Shown piece by piece: positions 52,521-62,775 of a DNA stretch of 64,000 nt (position 1 is the stretch's first letter; each line of letters starts with the position of its first letter). The DNA comes from an uncultured Verrucomicrobiae bacterium (GTDB taxonomy: Bacteria; Verrucomicrobiota; Verrucomicrobiia; Opitutales; JABDGR01), in the NCBI GenBank assembly GCA_963765205.1, contig CAVXVB010000009.1:864001-928000 (forward strand), given 5' to 3'. The position numbers and the translations under genes are program-made. The notes below the pieces were generated by a model. It did not search any database and had not been told where the DNA came from. It was given only the letters and a program-made list of their open reading frames with translations.

Positions 52521-53476
52521 CGCGGGACGGCGACCAGTTGGAGGATTTGTTGGATGACTTCGTTCATGCCCAGGCCCTCGATTTCAAATTCCGGGCGCAA
52601 GATGAGGCGGTGTTCGAGCACGGGGGGGGCCATCACCTTGATGTCGTCCGGCGTCACGAAGTCGCGCCCGGACATCGTGGCGTAGGCGCGCGCCGCCATG
52701 ATGAGCGACTGCGTCGCGCGCGGACCCGCGCCGACCAGGACGCTCTCGTGCTGGCGCGTGGCGCGCACCACATCCACCAAATAGGCGAGCAATTCATCGC
52801 GCAGGGTGACGGCGCCCAATTGCTCGCGCAGCGCCACCAAATCCTCCGCCTGGATGACGGGCTGCACCGCGCCTTGAGCCAGCAACGTCTCGGGCGCGTC
52901 CTTGGTCATCGTGCGCTGGGCAAGCAGCAGTTCATCGGCGCGTTCCGGGGCGGCCATGGTGATTTTGAGCATAAAGCGGTCTTTTTGCGCTTCGGGCAGT
53001 GGGTAGGTGCCTTCGTATTCGATGGGGTTTTGCGTGGCAAAAACCGTAAAGTTTGACGGCAGGGTGTAGGTTTCCCGGTCAATGGTAACGGTGCGCTCCT
53101 GCATCGCCTGCAATAAAGCGGACTGAGTTTTCGCCGGAGCGCGGTTGATTTCGTCGGCCAGCAGAAACGAGGTGAAGATGGGCCCTTTGGCGACGGAAAA
53201 TTCGTTGCGCTGGAGGTTGTAGATGCCCGTACCGGTGATGTCGGCGGGCATCAGGTCGGGCGTGAACTGGATGCGCGAAAAGTCGCAGCCCAGCACCTGG
53301 GCGAGTGTGCGCACCAGCAAGGTTTTGGCCACGCCGGGCACGCCCTCGATGAGGGCGTGGTTGCCGGTGAAGATGACGATAAGCGCCTTCTCAATAACGT
53401 CATGCTGGCCGATGATGACCTTGGCGGCTTCTTGCCGGGCGCAGGCAAGGATTTCCTTGAGTTTTTCGTTATTCAT
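52517..53476 (-). CDS. MoxR-family AAA+ ATPase
   Basis: EGVPGVAKT, RIQFTPDLMPADITG, ADEINRAPAKTQSALL, ATQNPIE.EGTYPLPEAQ.DRF. Confidence 0.96.
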   Translation of the reverse strand: MNNEKLKEILACARQEAAKVIIGQHDVIEKALIVIFTGNHALIEGVPGVAKTLLVRTLAQVLGCDFSRIQFTPDLMPADITGTGIYNLQRNEFSVAKGPIFTSFLLADEINRAPAKTQSALLQAMQERTVTIDRETYTLPSNFTVFATQNPIEYEGTYPLPEAQKDRFMLKITMAAPERADELLLAQRTMTKDAPETLLAQGAVQPVIQAEDLVALREQLGAVTLRDELLAYLVDVVRATRQHESVLVGAGPRATQSLIMAARAYATMSGRDFVTPDDIKVMAPPVLEHRLILRPEFEIEGLGMNEVIQQILQLVAVPR

Positions 53477-54728
53477 GGTGATGAAGAAGGCTTGGCGAGG
53501 ACGGGAGGAGGGGGGGGAAAGCGGGGCGCTTGAGCAGCGCCACCACGCGCGCATAGGCCTGGACGGGGTCGCGCGCGCGGGGCGGCAGGGCCTTTTCCGC
53601 GTTGATGACCGCCTCGACTTCAGCCACTTTGACGCCGGGACGCGCGGCGGCGGAAGATTTTTTCCATTCGGCAAAGCATTTTTCGAGCAAATCCCCGGCG
53701 GGGATGTTGCGGCGCAACAAATTCACAAATCCTGTGGCTGCATCCCGGCCCAGCACATCACTAGCGCCTTTTTCGGCCTCGATCGGCGGCACGAGGCTGG
53801 TGCTGTTTTTCCAAATGAACAACAAAGCCAAGAGCGCAAAGGCGCCGACCAGTCCCGCCAAATGATAGCGGCGGATAAGGGCGGCGACGCCGGGCGCCTC
53901 CATGATGCCAAAGTGGGCTTCGTCGAACACGATATTGTGGCCCGGGCCAATTAGCCAACTGAGCCAGTTGGCGTGGCGGTCGAGGCGCAACGCTTCATTG
54001 CTCAAAAAATAGCCGTCGGTGGCCATCACGACGGTGCCCGGCCCGAAGTGGCGCTCGATCACAACGGCATTGTGGTCCTGGGCGTAAATTTTCTGCCAGG
54101 CCGGATCGAGATTCGCGAAATAAAGACCGCTATGCCATTCGAGCTTGGCCGGCAGCGCCAGTCCTGAAACGTTGTTCACCGTGACCGACGGGTTGGAATC
54201 CTCGCTCAGCACATCGGCGAATTTGAATTCCAGCCCCCACTTGTCCTTCAGCACCACGGTGGTATCTTCATCGTCGTCGTTGGCGGATTTTTTGGCGATG
54301 GGCTTGGCGGGTTTGCTGGAGTTGTCCGTGGTCGCCGCAACGGGTTCGTCTTCGGGTAAAACATCCCCCAGCATCGGTTTGAAAACAACCACCAGCCGGC
54401 CGCCGCACGCGAGGAATTTTTCGATTTCGCCGAACAAATCGCCGGGAACTTCCGCCCACTCGTCCGTGCTCGCGCCCAAATGCAAATAGACCGTATTGGG
54501 CGTCTCGGACAGGTTATTGGTGGCGCTGAAGTCGCGCGCCACCGTCAGGCCCGGGATGCCGGCCAGGCTTTCATAAAAGGCCATGGTGCCCAGCGGGTCG
54601 CTGCGCAGCGAGGAATAGGGCGGGTAAACGTCGCCCCGGTCGAGGCGCATTTGCAGCAGCCACGTCAAACCCAGGGCAAACGTGAGCGCGCCCAGGGCCA
54701 GCAGGGCGATGGCGGCGGATTTTCTCAT
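53469..54728 (-). CDS. DUF4350-like membrane-anchored protein
   Basis: N-terminal TM, YSS...P.GT.A, GG.LVV, FDEAH, C-terminal TM; operon position. Confidence 0.75.
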   Translation of the reverse strand: MRKSAAIALLALGALTFALGLTWLLQMRLDRGDVYPPYSSLRSDPLGTMAFYESLAGIPGLTVARDFSATNNLSETPNTVYLHLGASTDEWAEVPGDLFGEIEKFLACGGRLVVVFKPMLGDVLPEDEPVAATTDNSSKPAKPIAKKSANDDDEDTTVVLKDKWGLEFKFADVLSEDSNPSVTVNNVSGLALPAKLEWHSGLYFANLDPAWQKIYAQDHNAVVIERHFGPGTVVMATDGYFLSNEALRLDRHANWLSWLIGPGHNIVFDEAHFGIMEAPGVAALIRRYHLAGLVGAFALLALLFIWKNSTSLVPPIEAEKGASDVLGRDAATGFVNLLRRNIPAGDLLEKCFAEWKKSSAAARPGVKVAEVEAVINAEKALPPRARDPVQAYARVVALLKRPAFPPLLPSSPSLLHHHE

Positions 54729-56512
54729 TCGACGCTCCTCAATTTGTCGGTCTGTGCGGAAAACCCGGCCACCAGCTCCGTATTGGCTTCGTACAGGCCA
54801 TACCACACGCGCTCGAAGGTGCCGACCATCTCGGCAAACGCCGGCGGCAGTTGCGGCAGTGCGTGGCTGCGGCGGCGCAACTCGCGTTCGTAGTCGCGGT
54901 TCGATTTAAATTTGGCCAGGCTGATGAGGTTGCGCGCGGCCAGATTCGCCAGCGCGGAAAGGTAAAACGCGCGCAAGGCCAAGCGGTATTCGCCGCGCTC
55001 CAGCAGCTCGCGCGCCAGCTTGATCCAGCCATCTTCCGGCAATTGCTCGGCGCCAAAATTTTCATCCGCCAGGTCGGGCGCGCTGGGGAGCGCAAGGGTG
55101 GTGATGAGCGCGGCATTCTTCCGGTGGTCACTCCAAAACCGATAGAGAAAGAGGGCCAGCGCGCACACGACCACAGCAATCAAGAGGAACAACAAAGCTT
55201 GCGAAAAAGTCATGCCACTCAGGAGCGATGATACTGCCACGCCGGCGCTGCGCGGGGAAAAAATCTTGTCCCACCAGCGGCGCAGCAGCGCCTGCACCTT
55301 CACCAGCCAGTCATGCAATATTTCGCGGACCCGGGTGATGAACCGGCCAATCACGCCCTGATCCTGCCCGTCGTCCGCGTTTGCATCCTGCGGCATCCGC
55401 CAGGCGTATTTGTCCTGGCGGATGACGTTGGCGATGGAATGTTCCAGATCCGCCGGCGGGATGCCGCCCGGGCTGACCGACGTCGGCGGGGACGATGGCG
55501 CTGCGGTGGAGGCGGCTGAGAGGGGCGGCGCAGATGGCGCATCGGCGGCCCGCAGCCCGCCGACTCCAACCACCATCAACAGCAGGGCCACGGCCGCGAC
55601 GGTGGAGCGGGCCTCAATTAGCGCGCGTTGGAGGCGGACTTTTAGATCCTGGCCCGAATGCCGGGCTTCGCCATAAAAACACCGCAGCGCCGCCATGGTC
55701 TTGAGCAAAGGGTCCAGGCACAGATACGTCAACCCGGCGATGGCCGCCAAGAACGTGGAATTCCACAATAGCGCCGAACCGGCGCGCGAAAAGGACGACT
55801 CGATGCCCAAAAGGTGTTCAGCCAGTTGGGGCAGGATGTAACAGAAGGACATCCAGTTCAAAAACACAAAGAAGGCAAACAAGGCCAGCAACACCTGCGC
55901 GGTGGCGTTCTGCCGCAGGGACCATCCCGCAAACTGGCCGGCCTTTTTCAATAGGGTGCCGAGCGGCTGCGCCTCACCCTCGTCCAGCACCGTCAGGTGT
56001 TGAAAGAATGCCATCGGCACGGAAAAGATCAGCGTGCAAATCTCCAGTCCAACCATGAGCAGCAACATGGCCAGTGGCGGGGCGGCGGAAAAAATTTGCC
56101 GCAGATGGTCTTTTTCAATCCAGACCAGCAGCAGCGGTGGCGCGGCCAGCAGCAGGCCGAACGGTTGTACCGCCATTTGCGTCATCCAAACGCGCTGGGC
56201 ACGCCGGAAACTCCAGGGCGCGGGCGGCACACCGGCGATTTTTGCGCAGATTTGCCGCGCAAATACATTTTGCCAGAATTTCATCCACCCATACAACAAC
56301 GCCAGGCCGAGCGCCGCCTCCGCATCGTGGTTCCGTGCCAAGGGATTGAGGCTCATATCCGCCCAAAAATACACCAGACCAAGGACGAACGGCAGCGCGC
56401 CCAGGTAGTAGCAGACCAACGCCGCCGGCGGCGCCGAGCGCAGGACGTGCGTCGCCTCCTCGATCAAGTCGGTCGCGGCCCGGCCCGGCTTCTGGCGGAT
56501 GATGCGCTTCAT
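54725..56512 (-). CDS. Multi-TM protein with C-terminal DUF4129-like domain
   Basis: GEYRLALRAFYL, KSNRDY, FERVWYG; G.DL motif after the TM region. Confidence 0.8.
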   Translation of the reverse strand: MKRIIRQKPGRAATDLIEEATHVLRSAPPAALVCYYLGALPFVLGLVYFWADMSLNPLARNHDAEAALGLALLYGWMKFWQNVFARQICAKIAGVPPAPWSFRRAQRVWMTQMAVQPFGLLLAAPPLLLVWIEKDHLRQIFSAAPPLAMLLLMVGLEICTLIFSVPMAFFQHLTVLDEGEAQPLGTLLKKAGQFAGWSLRQNATAQVLLALFAFFVFLNWMSFCYILPQLAEHLLGIESSFSRAGSALLWNSTFLAAIAGLTYLCLDPLLKTMAALRCFYGEARHSGQDLKVRLQRALIEARSTVAAVALLLMVVGVGGLRAADAPSAPPLSAASTAAPSSPPTSVSPGGIPPADLEHSIANVIRQDKYAWRMPQDANADDGQDQGVIGRFITRVREILHDWLVKVQALLRRWWDKIFSPRSAGVAVSSLLSGMTFSQALLFLLIAVVVCALALFLYRFWSDHRKNAALITTLALPSAPDLADENFGAEQLPEDGWIKLARELLERGEYRLALRAFYLSALANLAARNLISLAKFKSNRDYERELRRRSHALPQLPPAFAEMVGTFERVWYGLYEANTELVAGFSAQTDKLRSVE

Positions 56513-56526
56513 GGTGGGCGGAGGCG

Positions 56527-56838
56527 TCAATGGGCTTGCCACACGGAATTTTCGTGCGACGATGTTGGAATTTGCAGCAAACCCTCGGCAAGAACGTAGA
56601 AAAAGAACCAGGCCAGGATGAAGCCCGTCAAGCCCACCGCAGCGCAGCGCACCCACGCTAGACTACGCCGGGAGACCGGCGCGGCCCGCGCCAGTTGAGC
56701 CAGACAGGCGGCGCAAATGACCTTGTCATCGTGCTCCGTGATGCATTCGCGGCAAAAAAAATTTCCGCACGCCGGGCAGCGCGCCACCGCTTCGCGTCCG
56801 GCGTGGTTGTAGCAGCGTTGATGGATCAGGCTGGGCAT
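56527..56838 (-). CDS. B-box zinc-finger membrane protein
   Basis: C..H..REAVARC..C...FC.EC........IC..C plus one TM. Confidence 0.8.
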   Translation of the reverse strand: MPSLIHQRCYNHAGREAVARCPACGNFFCRECITEHDDKVICAACLAQLARAAPVSRRSLAWVRCAAVGLTGFILAWFFFYVLAEGLLQIPTSSHENSVWQAH

Positions 56839-56859
56839 GGGAGTGGCGGGCTGTTTGAT

Positions 56860-57456
56860 TTAAGATTCAATGACCGGCGGAGCTTCGTGGTAGGGGGGAG
56901 GTGCGGCCGCCGCTTCCGCCGCCTGCGCGGCGCGCATCCGCTCCGGGATTTCCGCCGGCGTCAACTGGCCCTGCGCCGCCACCACCAGCGGCCGGAGCCG
57001 ATTCAGAGCCCTATACGCGTGCCCCAACCGGCTGAGCGGCGGCAATTCCTCGATCTGCACCGCCGTTTGCAAATAAGTCTGGACGGTCGGCCCCGCCGCC
57101 TGGTTGATCAGCAAGAGCACGGCCAGCACCGACGCAAGCAGGCCAAAAAAGATGTCGCCACCGTTGAAGAATCCGACCCCCGACTCATGCCACAAAAGCG
57201 CAGTAATGACAAACATCGCCAGGGGCAGGCCCAGCAAGACGCTGGTCATCAGCCGGCGGTCGGTGCGGCGGATGATAAAGGCCTGGATGTCGCTGAAATA
57301 AAATCGTTTGTATTCCTCGGAGCCGATCTTTTTGTCAATGATCAGCAAATGATCCGGCCCGAGCCACAGGCTGGCGCGACCAGCGGAGACGCTGATAAAG
57401 CCGCCGATCGTGCGCCGGCGAGAGCGGGTCAGACGGGTGTAGGCTGGCTCGGGCAT
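56860..57456 (-). CDS. Hypothetical two-TM membrane protein
   Basis: LWLGPDHLL, E.YKRFYF.DIQ, two TMs; operon position. Confidence 0.75.
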   Translation of the reverse strand: MPEPAYTRLTRSRRRTIGGFISVSAGRASLWLGPDHLLIIDKKIGSEEYKRFYFSDIQAFIIRRTDRRLMTSVLLGLPLAMFVITALLWHESGVGFFNGGDIFFGLLASVLAVLLLINQAAGPTVQTYLQTAVQIEELPPLSRLGHAYRALNRLRPLVVAAQGQLTPAEIPERMRAAQAAEAAAAPPPYHEAPPVIES

Positions 57457-57483
57457 GGTGAAAATGGATGTGCGTATGCAGGG

Positions 57484-58152
57484 CTAAAAAGTTCCCGGCA
57501 CGGGCAATGTAATACTGCCATGGAAGTTAATCAAATGGTGGCTGCCGGCATAGATAATGCCGATGATGGCAACGACCCATCCAATCAACTCCAATACCCC
57601 GATAATGATGGCAATTACCAAGCGGGCCTTGGTACGGTGGACGAAGCTGCGCGGGGAATTCCAGTGGCGGATGGCGATGAAAATGGCCGCGGGCGCGGTA
57701 AAAATGGTGGCCAGAAACGAAAAGTAAAGAACCACCGTCAGGGAGAGCAGGAGCGGCCAGAGGACGAGGGCCAGCGCCAGGCTGTCGTAGTTGACCCGGC
57801 GGTTTTCCAAGCTTTTGATTTTGCCTTTTTTGCGACCCGCCTCCAGGCAAGACGGGCAGTAATGCTGGCCGTTCAATTCGCAATCGCACAGCGCGCAAAG
57901 AAACCGCCCGCAGCCATCGCAGGGACGCACGGCCTTCTTTTGCGGGTGGTAGAAACAACTCGCTTCGTCCTCGAGTAAAATCCGCTCGCCATCCACCCCA
58001 TGCGCCGCGCTACGGAACAAAGCCGGAAAAACCTCCGCCTGGACCGGTGAGCCGCAGAGGGCGCAGGGCGTCAGTCTCCCCGAGTTGAGAATGCCACTGT
58101 CCAGCGGCGCCTGGCACTGGCGCTTCGGGCATTTCACAACAAAGGCGGCCAT
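57484..58152 (-). CDS. Zn-ribbon + B-box zinc-finger membrane protein
   Basis: CPKRQC, CALC, CFYHP.K.A...C..CGRFLC..C.......YCPSC, C-terminal TMs. Confidence 0.8.
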   Translation of the reverse strand: MAAFVVKCPKRQCQAPLDSGILNSGRLTPCALCGSPVQAEVFPALFRSAAHGVDGERILLEDEASCFYHPQKKAVRPCDGCGRFLCALCDCELNGQHYCPSCLEAGRKKGKIKSLENRRVNYDSLALALVLWPLLLSLTVVLYFSFLATIFTAPAAIFIAIRHWNSPRSFVHRTKARLVIAIIIGVLELIGWVVAIIGIIYAGSHHLINFHGSITLPVPGTF

Positions 58153-58159
58153 GGGGAAG

Positions 58160-58816
58160 CTAAGTGGAGATCACGCGGGTGTGGCAGATGCGGTCATGCA
58201 GGGCCTGTTTCTCGGGATCAAACGCCACCATGATATATCCGATATACAGGGTGAAGTCGCTGAGCATCTTGCCAAAAAAGCGGCCAAACGCGCGGGCGTA
58301 GGTGACTTTTTCGCCCTCGGGCGTGACGACCTTGAGTTTGCAGGCCATCTTGCCCAGCGTTGCACCCCACTTGCCAACGCAGACGGTTTCATAGACCATC
58401 CGCAACACGAAGGTGAACAGGAAGTTGAGGAGCATCAGGCCGATGTCAATTTTCGTCGGCGAGGGCGCGCCCATGGCGGCAAACATCCCCAAGCCAAAAA
58501 AGAGCCCCACGATCCCGGCCACAAAGCTCAGGATGATGATGTCAATAAACTGGGCGGCGAAGCGGATCCAAAACCCGGCGTAGCGCAGCCCGGGGGCTTC
58601 GACCCGCGCGCCTTCCGCCAGTTTCTGCATGAAGATGGGTTTGCAATTGGCGCACACATAGGTGTCGCCGTGGCGGATCATGTCCTGCGTGGAAAAGATC
58701 TTACCACATTCAAAGCACGGCCTGGTCTCGCCGCCGCCTACCGTGCCCAAGAGCGGCGGAGTGGCGGGCGCGGCACCCGGGGTATTGGGGCCAACTTGCG
58801 GGTTCCAGTCACTCAT
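58160..58816 (-). CDS. RDD-family protein with N-terminal Zn ribbon
   Basis: CFEC...CANCK; YAGFWIRFAA..ID, GATLGK, QALHD. Confidence 0.88.
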   Translation of the reverse strand: MSDWNPQVGPNTPGAAPATPPLLGTVGGGETRPCFECGKIFSTQDMIRHGDTYVCANCKPIFMQKLAEGARVEAPGLRYAGFWIRFAAQFIDIIILSFVAGIVGLFFGLGMFAAMGAPSPTKIDIGLMLLNFLFTFVLRMVYETVCVGKWGATLGKMACKLKVVTPEGEKVTYARAFGRFFGKMLSDFTLYIGYIMVAFDPEKQALHDRICHTRVIST

Positions 58817-59179
58817 GATTAGGAGGGGTTATGGGTTACAGTCTGTTAGCTTAAAATTCACCCGCGATGGCAAGACTAATCAGAACCACGGATTGATGCG
58901 ATGAGCGGCATCAATGGGTCTGCCTATGTCCTCTCGCAGATACATAAAGAGACTCCGCTGAACCCCAAAAGCGAACAAGAAAACATCATTGGGCGGGAAA
59001 AGTTTATAATGGGCCGACTTGCACCCACTCCCGGTTGTTTTTTCTTCCCCTTGGTGGGCCACTGACGAATACGCATTGGGCTGGTTTCCGCCGATGAGAT
59101 TTCGCATCCCAAGCCCAACTTGAGGGATGGATTTGCGTTGAACAATCCGCCGGCTTCATGTCTAAATACCCATCTCCCC

Positions 59180-60190
59180 ATGAAACCCCTCCCCTACCTC
59201 ATCTCCCGCTGCGCCCTCGGTGTCGCTGCCGCCGGTCTGCTCCTGGCCGGCTGCTCTAAATCCGACAACTCGGCCGGCACGGCAACGCCCGCGTCTGGTT
59301 CCGCGCCGGCGGGGAAGACCATCACAGTGGGTTTTGCCCAAACCGGAGATGAAAGCGGCTGGCGCACCGCCAACACCGAATCACTCAAGTCCGAAGCCGC
59401 CAAACGCGGCATCAACTTAAAAGTTACTTTTGCCGACAACGTGCTCGACAAGGAAATCGCGTCTGTGCGTAATTTCATCACGCAAAAGGTGGACGCCATT
59501 ATCATCGCTCCGACGGTCAAGGATGGCTGGGATCAGGTGCTTAAGGAAGCGAAAGACGCCCACATCCCCGTCGTTATTGAAGATCGCTCCTTGAGCGCCG
59601 ACCCCTCCCTGTATGCCGGCTTCATCGGCTCTGATTTTATGAAGGAAGGGCACCTGGCGGCGGAATGGCTCATCAAAACCACGGGGGGCAAGGGGCGGAT
59701 TGTGGAGCTTTCAGGCCATCTGGGTTCCGATGCCGCGGATGACCGCCAGAAGGCGTTTGCCGAGGGGATTGCGAATACGCCCGGCCTGACCATCATTGAT
59801 TCGCAAACCGGCGACTTTCAACGCGATCAGGGCAAACAAGTCATGGAAGCCCTCCTCAAGAAACACCCCGCTGGATCGTTCGATATCCTTTACGCCCACA
59901 ACGACGACATGGCGTTGGGCGCGATGCAAGCCATTCAGGAAGCCGGCCTCAAACCGGGCCAGGATATCATGATCATTTCCCTCGATGGTGAAAAAGAGGC
60001 CCTCCAAGCCATCGTAGACGGTAAAATCAATTGCGTGGTCGAGTGCAACCCCATGGACGGCCCCCTCGTCTTCGATGCGGTTGAGCAAGTCCTCAAGGGC
60101 GGGCAGATTCCGCCCATCACTTATAATTCGGATCACGTTTTCGACAAAACCAACGCCGCGGAGGTGCTCAAGGCCCCGCGCGCTTATTAA
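59180..60190 (+). CDS. ytfQ: Sugar ABC transporter substrate-binding lipoprotein (YtfQ-like)
   Basis: Lipobox LAGC; VGFAQ.G.ESGWRTANT, AHNDDMALGA, VECNP. Confidence 0.85.
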   Translation: MKPLPYLISRCALGVAAAGLLLAGCSKSDNSAGTATPASGSAPAGKTITVGFAQTGDESGWRTANTESLKSEAAKRGINLKVTFADNVLDKEIASVRNFITQKVDAIIIAPTVKDGWDQVLKEAKDAHIPVVIEDRSLSADPSLYAGFIGSDFMKEGHLAAEWLIKTTGGKGRIVELSGHLGSDAADDRQKAFAEGIANTPGLTIIDSQTGDFQRDQGKQVMEALLKKHPAGSFDILYAHNDDMALGAMQAIQEAGLKPGQDIMIISLDGEKEALQAIVDGKINCVVECNPMDGPLVFDAVEQVLKGGQIPPITYNSDHVFDKTNAAEVLKAPRAY

Positions 60191-60202
60191 GCCTTACTGC
60201 TC

Positions 60203-61771
60203 ATGGCCGCCGTGGAGTCCTCAGCGCCGCTGTTGCTCGCCATGCGCGGCATTGGGAAAAAGTTTCCCGGGGTGGTGGCTTTGTCCAACGTGGACTTTTC
60301 CGTGCGCGCGGGCGAAATCCATGCCCTGCTCGGCGAAAACGGCGCCGGCAAGTCCACGCTTATTAAAGTGCTCACCGGTGTTTACGCGCCGGACGCCGGC
60401 GAGGTGCGTCTAGCCGGCACGCCCATCCACCCCGCTTCGCCGCGTGACGCCGAGCGTCTGGGTCTCAGCACCGTTTACCAGGAAGTGAATTTGATCCCCT
60501 CTTTGTCGGTCGCGGAAAACATCGGCTTGGGCCGCCAGCCGGGAAAATTAGGCTTCTTAAATTGGCCCGCGCTGCGCCGCCGCGCCCGGGCCGCGCTCGC
60601 ACGGCTCGAACTCGCTCTCGACGTGGACGCCGAGTTGGGCACGCTGCCGTTGGCCCTCCAACAAATGGTCGCCATCGCTCGCGCGCTTGACTTGCAGGCC
60701 AAGCTCCTTGTGCTTGACGAGCCGACCGCCAGCCTCGACGAAAAGGAAGTGGACGAGCTTTTCAAAATCATGCGGCAACTGCGTGCGGCGGGTCTCGGCA
60801 TCGTCTTCGTCACGCATTTTCTCGATCAGGTTTACGAAATTACCGACCGCCTCACCGTCCTGCGCAACGGCGAATTGGTTGGCGAATACTTGACGGCAAA
60901 ATTGGGCCGCCTCGAACTCGTGGGCAAAATGCTCGGCCGCGAAGTGCGCGATGAAGAGGGCCACAACGCGGACGGTAGAGATCCCGCTACGGCGGGAAGC
61001 CGTCCGTCTCTGGACCATCCACTCGCCAAATCCTCCGCACCCGTGCTCGATGCCCGCCAAATGGGCCGCCGCGGCGCAGTGCATCCGCTCGATTTGACTT
61101 TACGCGGCGGCGAGGTGACCGGCCTCGCCGGTCTGCTCGGCTCCGGCCGCACCGAAACCGCGCGTCTGCTCTTCGGCATTGACCGCCCGGACTCCGGCGA
61201 AATCAAAATCCGCGGCCAAACCGTGAAACTATCCTCGCCGCGCGCAGCGGTGGCGCTCGGGCTCGCATTTTGCTCCGAAGACCGCAAGACCGAAGGCATC
61301 CTCCCAAACCTGTCCGTGCGCGAGAACATCATCTTCGCGCTCCAGGCCAAGCGCGGCACCTGGCGTAAGCTCGCGCGCGCCGAGCAGGACCAACTTTGCG
61401 CCCACTACATCCAGGCCTTGCGCATCAAGACCAGCAGTCCCGAGACGCCGGTCAAAAACCTCTCCGGCGGCAACCAGCAAAAGGCCCTCCTTGCACGCTG
61501 GCTCGCCACCCGACCGGAACTCATCATCCTCGACGAGCCCACCCGCGGCATTGACATCGGCGCAAAAGCCGAAATCGAGCAGCTCATTACCCAGTTGCGC
61601 GCGGATGGCGTCGCGGTGCTTTTTATTTCCTCTGAAATCGAGGAAGTCGTTCGTAACAGCTCGCGCATTGCCGTCCTGCGCGAGCGCCGCAAAGTAGCTG
61701 AACTCACCGGCGGCGAAATTGAACTGCACCGTCTGCTGCATGAAATGGCCGGCGCGCCACCCTCTCCATGA
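60203..61771 (+). CDS. ytfR: Sugar ABC transporter ATP-binding protein (YtfR-like)
   Basis: GENGAGKST, YQEVNL, DEPTASLD, LSGGNQQK, DEPTRGIDIGA. Confidence 0.9.
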   Translation: MAAVESSAPLLLAMRGIGKKFPGVVALSNVDFSVRAGEIHALLGENGAGKSTLIKVLTGVYAPDAGEVRLAGTPIHPASPRDAERLGLSTVYQEVNLIPSLSVAENIGLGRQPGKLGFLNWPALRRRARAALARLELALDVDAELGTLPLALQQMVAIARALDLQAKLLVLDEPTASLDEKEVDELFKIMRQLRAAGLGIVFVTHFLDQVYEITDRLTVLRNGELVGEYLTAKLGRLELVGKMLGREVRDEEGHNADGRDPATAGSRPSLDHPLAKSSAPVLDARQMGRRGAVHPLDLTLRGGEVTGLAGLLGSGRTETARLLFGIDRPDSGEIKIRGQTVKLSSPRAAVALGLAFCSEDRKTEGILPNLSVRENIIFALQAKRGTWRKLARAEQDQLCAHYIQALRIKTSSPETPVKNLSGGNQQKALLARWLATRPELIILDEPTRGIDIGAKAEIEQLITQLRADGVAVLFISSEIEEVVRNSSRIAVLRERRKVAELTGGEIELHRLLHEMAGAPPSP

Positions 61772-62775
61772 GTGAAGCCCGCCACCGTTCCTGGCTGAAA
61801 TCGCCCGCGGTCTGGCCGCTGGCGGGCCTGTTGCTGCTCGGCTTGATCAATCTGATTTTCAGCCGAAATTTCTTCACCATCACCCAGCGTGACGGGCATT
61901 ATGTCGGTACGCTCATTGATATTCTCAAGAACGGCTCGCCTGGTCTGATTTTGTCGCTGGGGATGACACTGGTGATCGCGACTGGCGGCATTGATTTGTC
62001 CGTCGGCGCGGTCCTGGCGGTCACCGGCGCTACGGCGGCGACCATGATGGCGCAGGGCCCGGTTTCGCTGCCGCTGGTGCTGGCCGTCTGCCTTGGAGTG
62101 GGCGGGTTATGCGGCCTGGTCAACGGGGTTCTGGTGGCGTGGGGGCGCATCCAGCCGATTGTGGCCACGCTCATCCTGATGGTCGCGGGCCGCGGCATCG
62201 CGACGCTTATCACGGGGGGCAATCAAGTGCTCATCCATCAGGAATCCTATAATTATCTCGGCACCGGATTCATCCTCGGATTGCCGGTGGCCCCGTTGGT
62301 GGTCACCGCGCTGTATCTCGTGGCGTGGCTGGGGCTGCGGCGCAGCGCCGCGAGTTTATTCATCGAAGCGGCCGGCGATAACGAAATCGCCAGCCGCTTT
62401 GCCGGGCTGGCCACCGCACGCGTCAAATGCCTCGTTTACGTCGTCAGCGGCCTCTGCGCCGCTGTGGCAGGGGTGCTGGCGACCTCGAGCATTGGCAATT
62501 CCGACCCCATGAGCGACGGCCAATACCTAGAGCTGGACGCGATCTTTGCGGTGGTAGTCGGCGGCACCGCCCTCCGCGGCAGCCGGTACAACTTCCTCGG
62601 TTCCTATCTGGCCGCCATCATGTTGAAAACCCTGACCATCACGATGTATTTTGTGGGCGTGCGCCCGGAGGTTGCGCCACTGCCCAAGGCCGTCCTCATC
62701 ATCGTGGTGTGCCTGCTGCAATCGGAAACCACCCGCCGCTGGCTTGGCGGACTGCGCCGGAGGAGGGCGATATGA
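61768..62775 (+). CDS. ytfT: Sugar ABC transporter permease (YtfT-like)
   Basis: GMTLVIATGGIDLSVG, IQPIVATLILMVAGRG, ELDAI. Confidence 0.85.
   Translation: MSEARHRSWLKSPAVWPLAGLLLLGLINLIFSRNFFTITQRDGHYVGTLIDILKNGSPGLILSLGMTLVIATGGIDLSVGAVLAVTGATAATMMAQGPVSLPLVLAVCLGVGGLCGLVNGVLVAWGRIQPIVATLILMVAGRGIATLITGGNQVLIHQESYNYLGTGFILGLPVAPLVVTALYLVAWLGLRRSAASLFIEAAGDNEIASRFAGLATARVKCLVYVVSGLCAAVAGVLATSSIGNSDPMSDGQYLELDAIFAVVVGGTALRGSRYNFLGSYLAAIMLKTLTITMYFVGVRPEVAPLPKAVLIIVVCLLQSETTRRWLGGLRRRRAI

Noticed and set aside
58833..58840. Single GGGTTACA box
   Set aside because: No 13-bp-period partner and no nearby att or integrase
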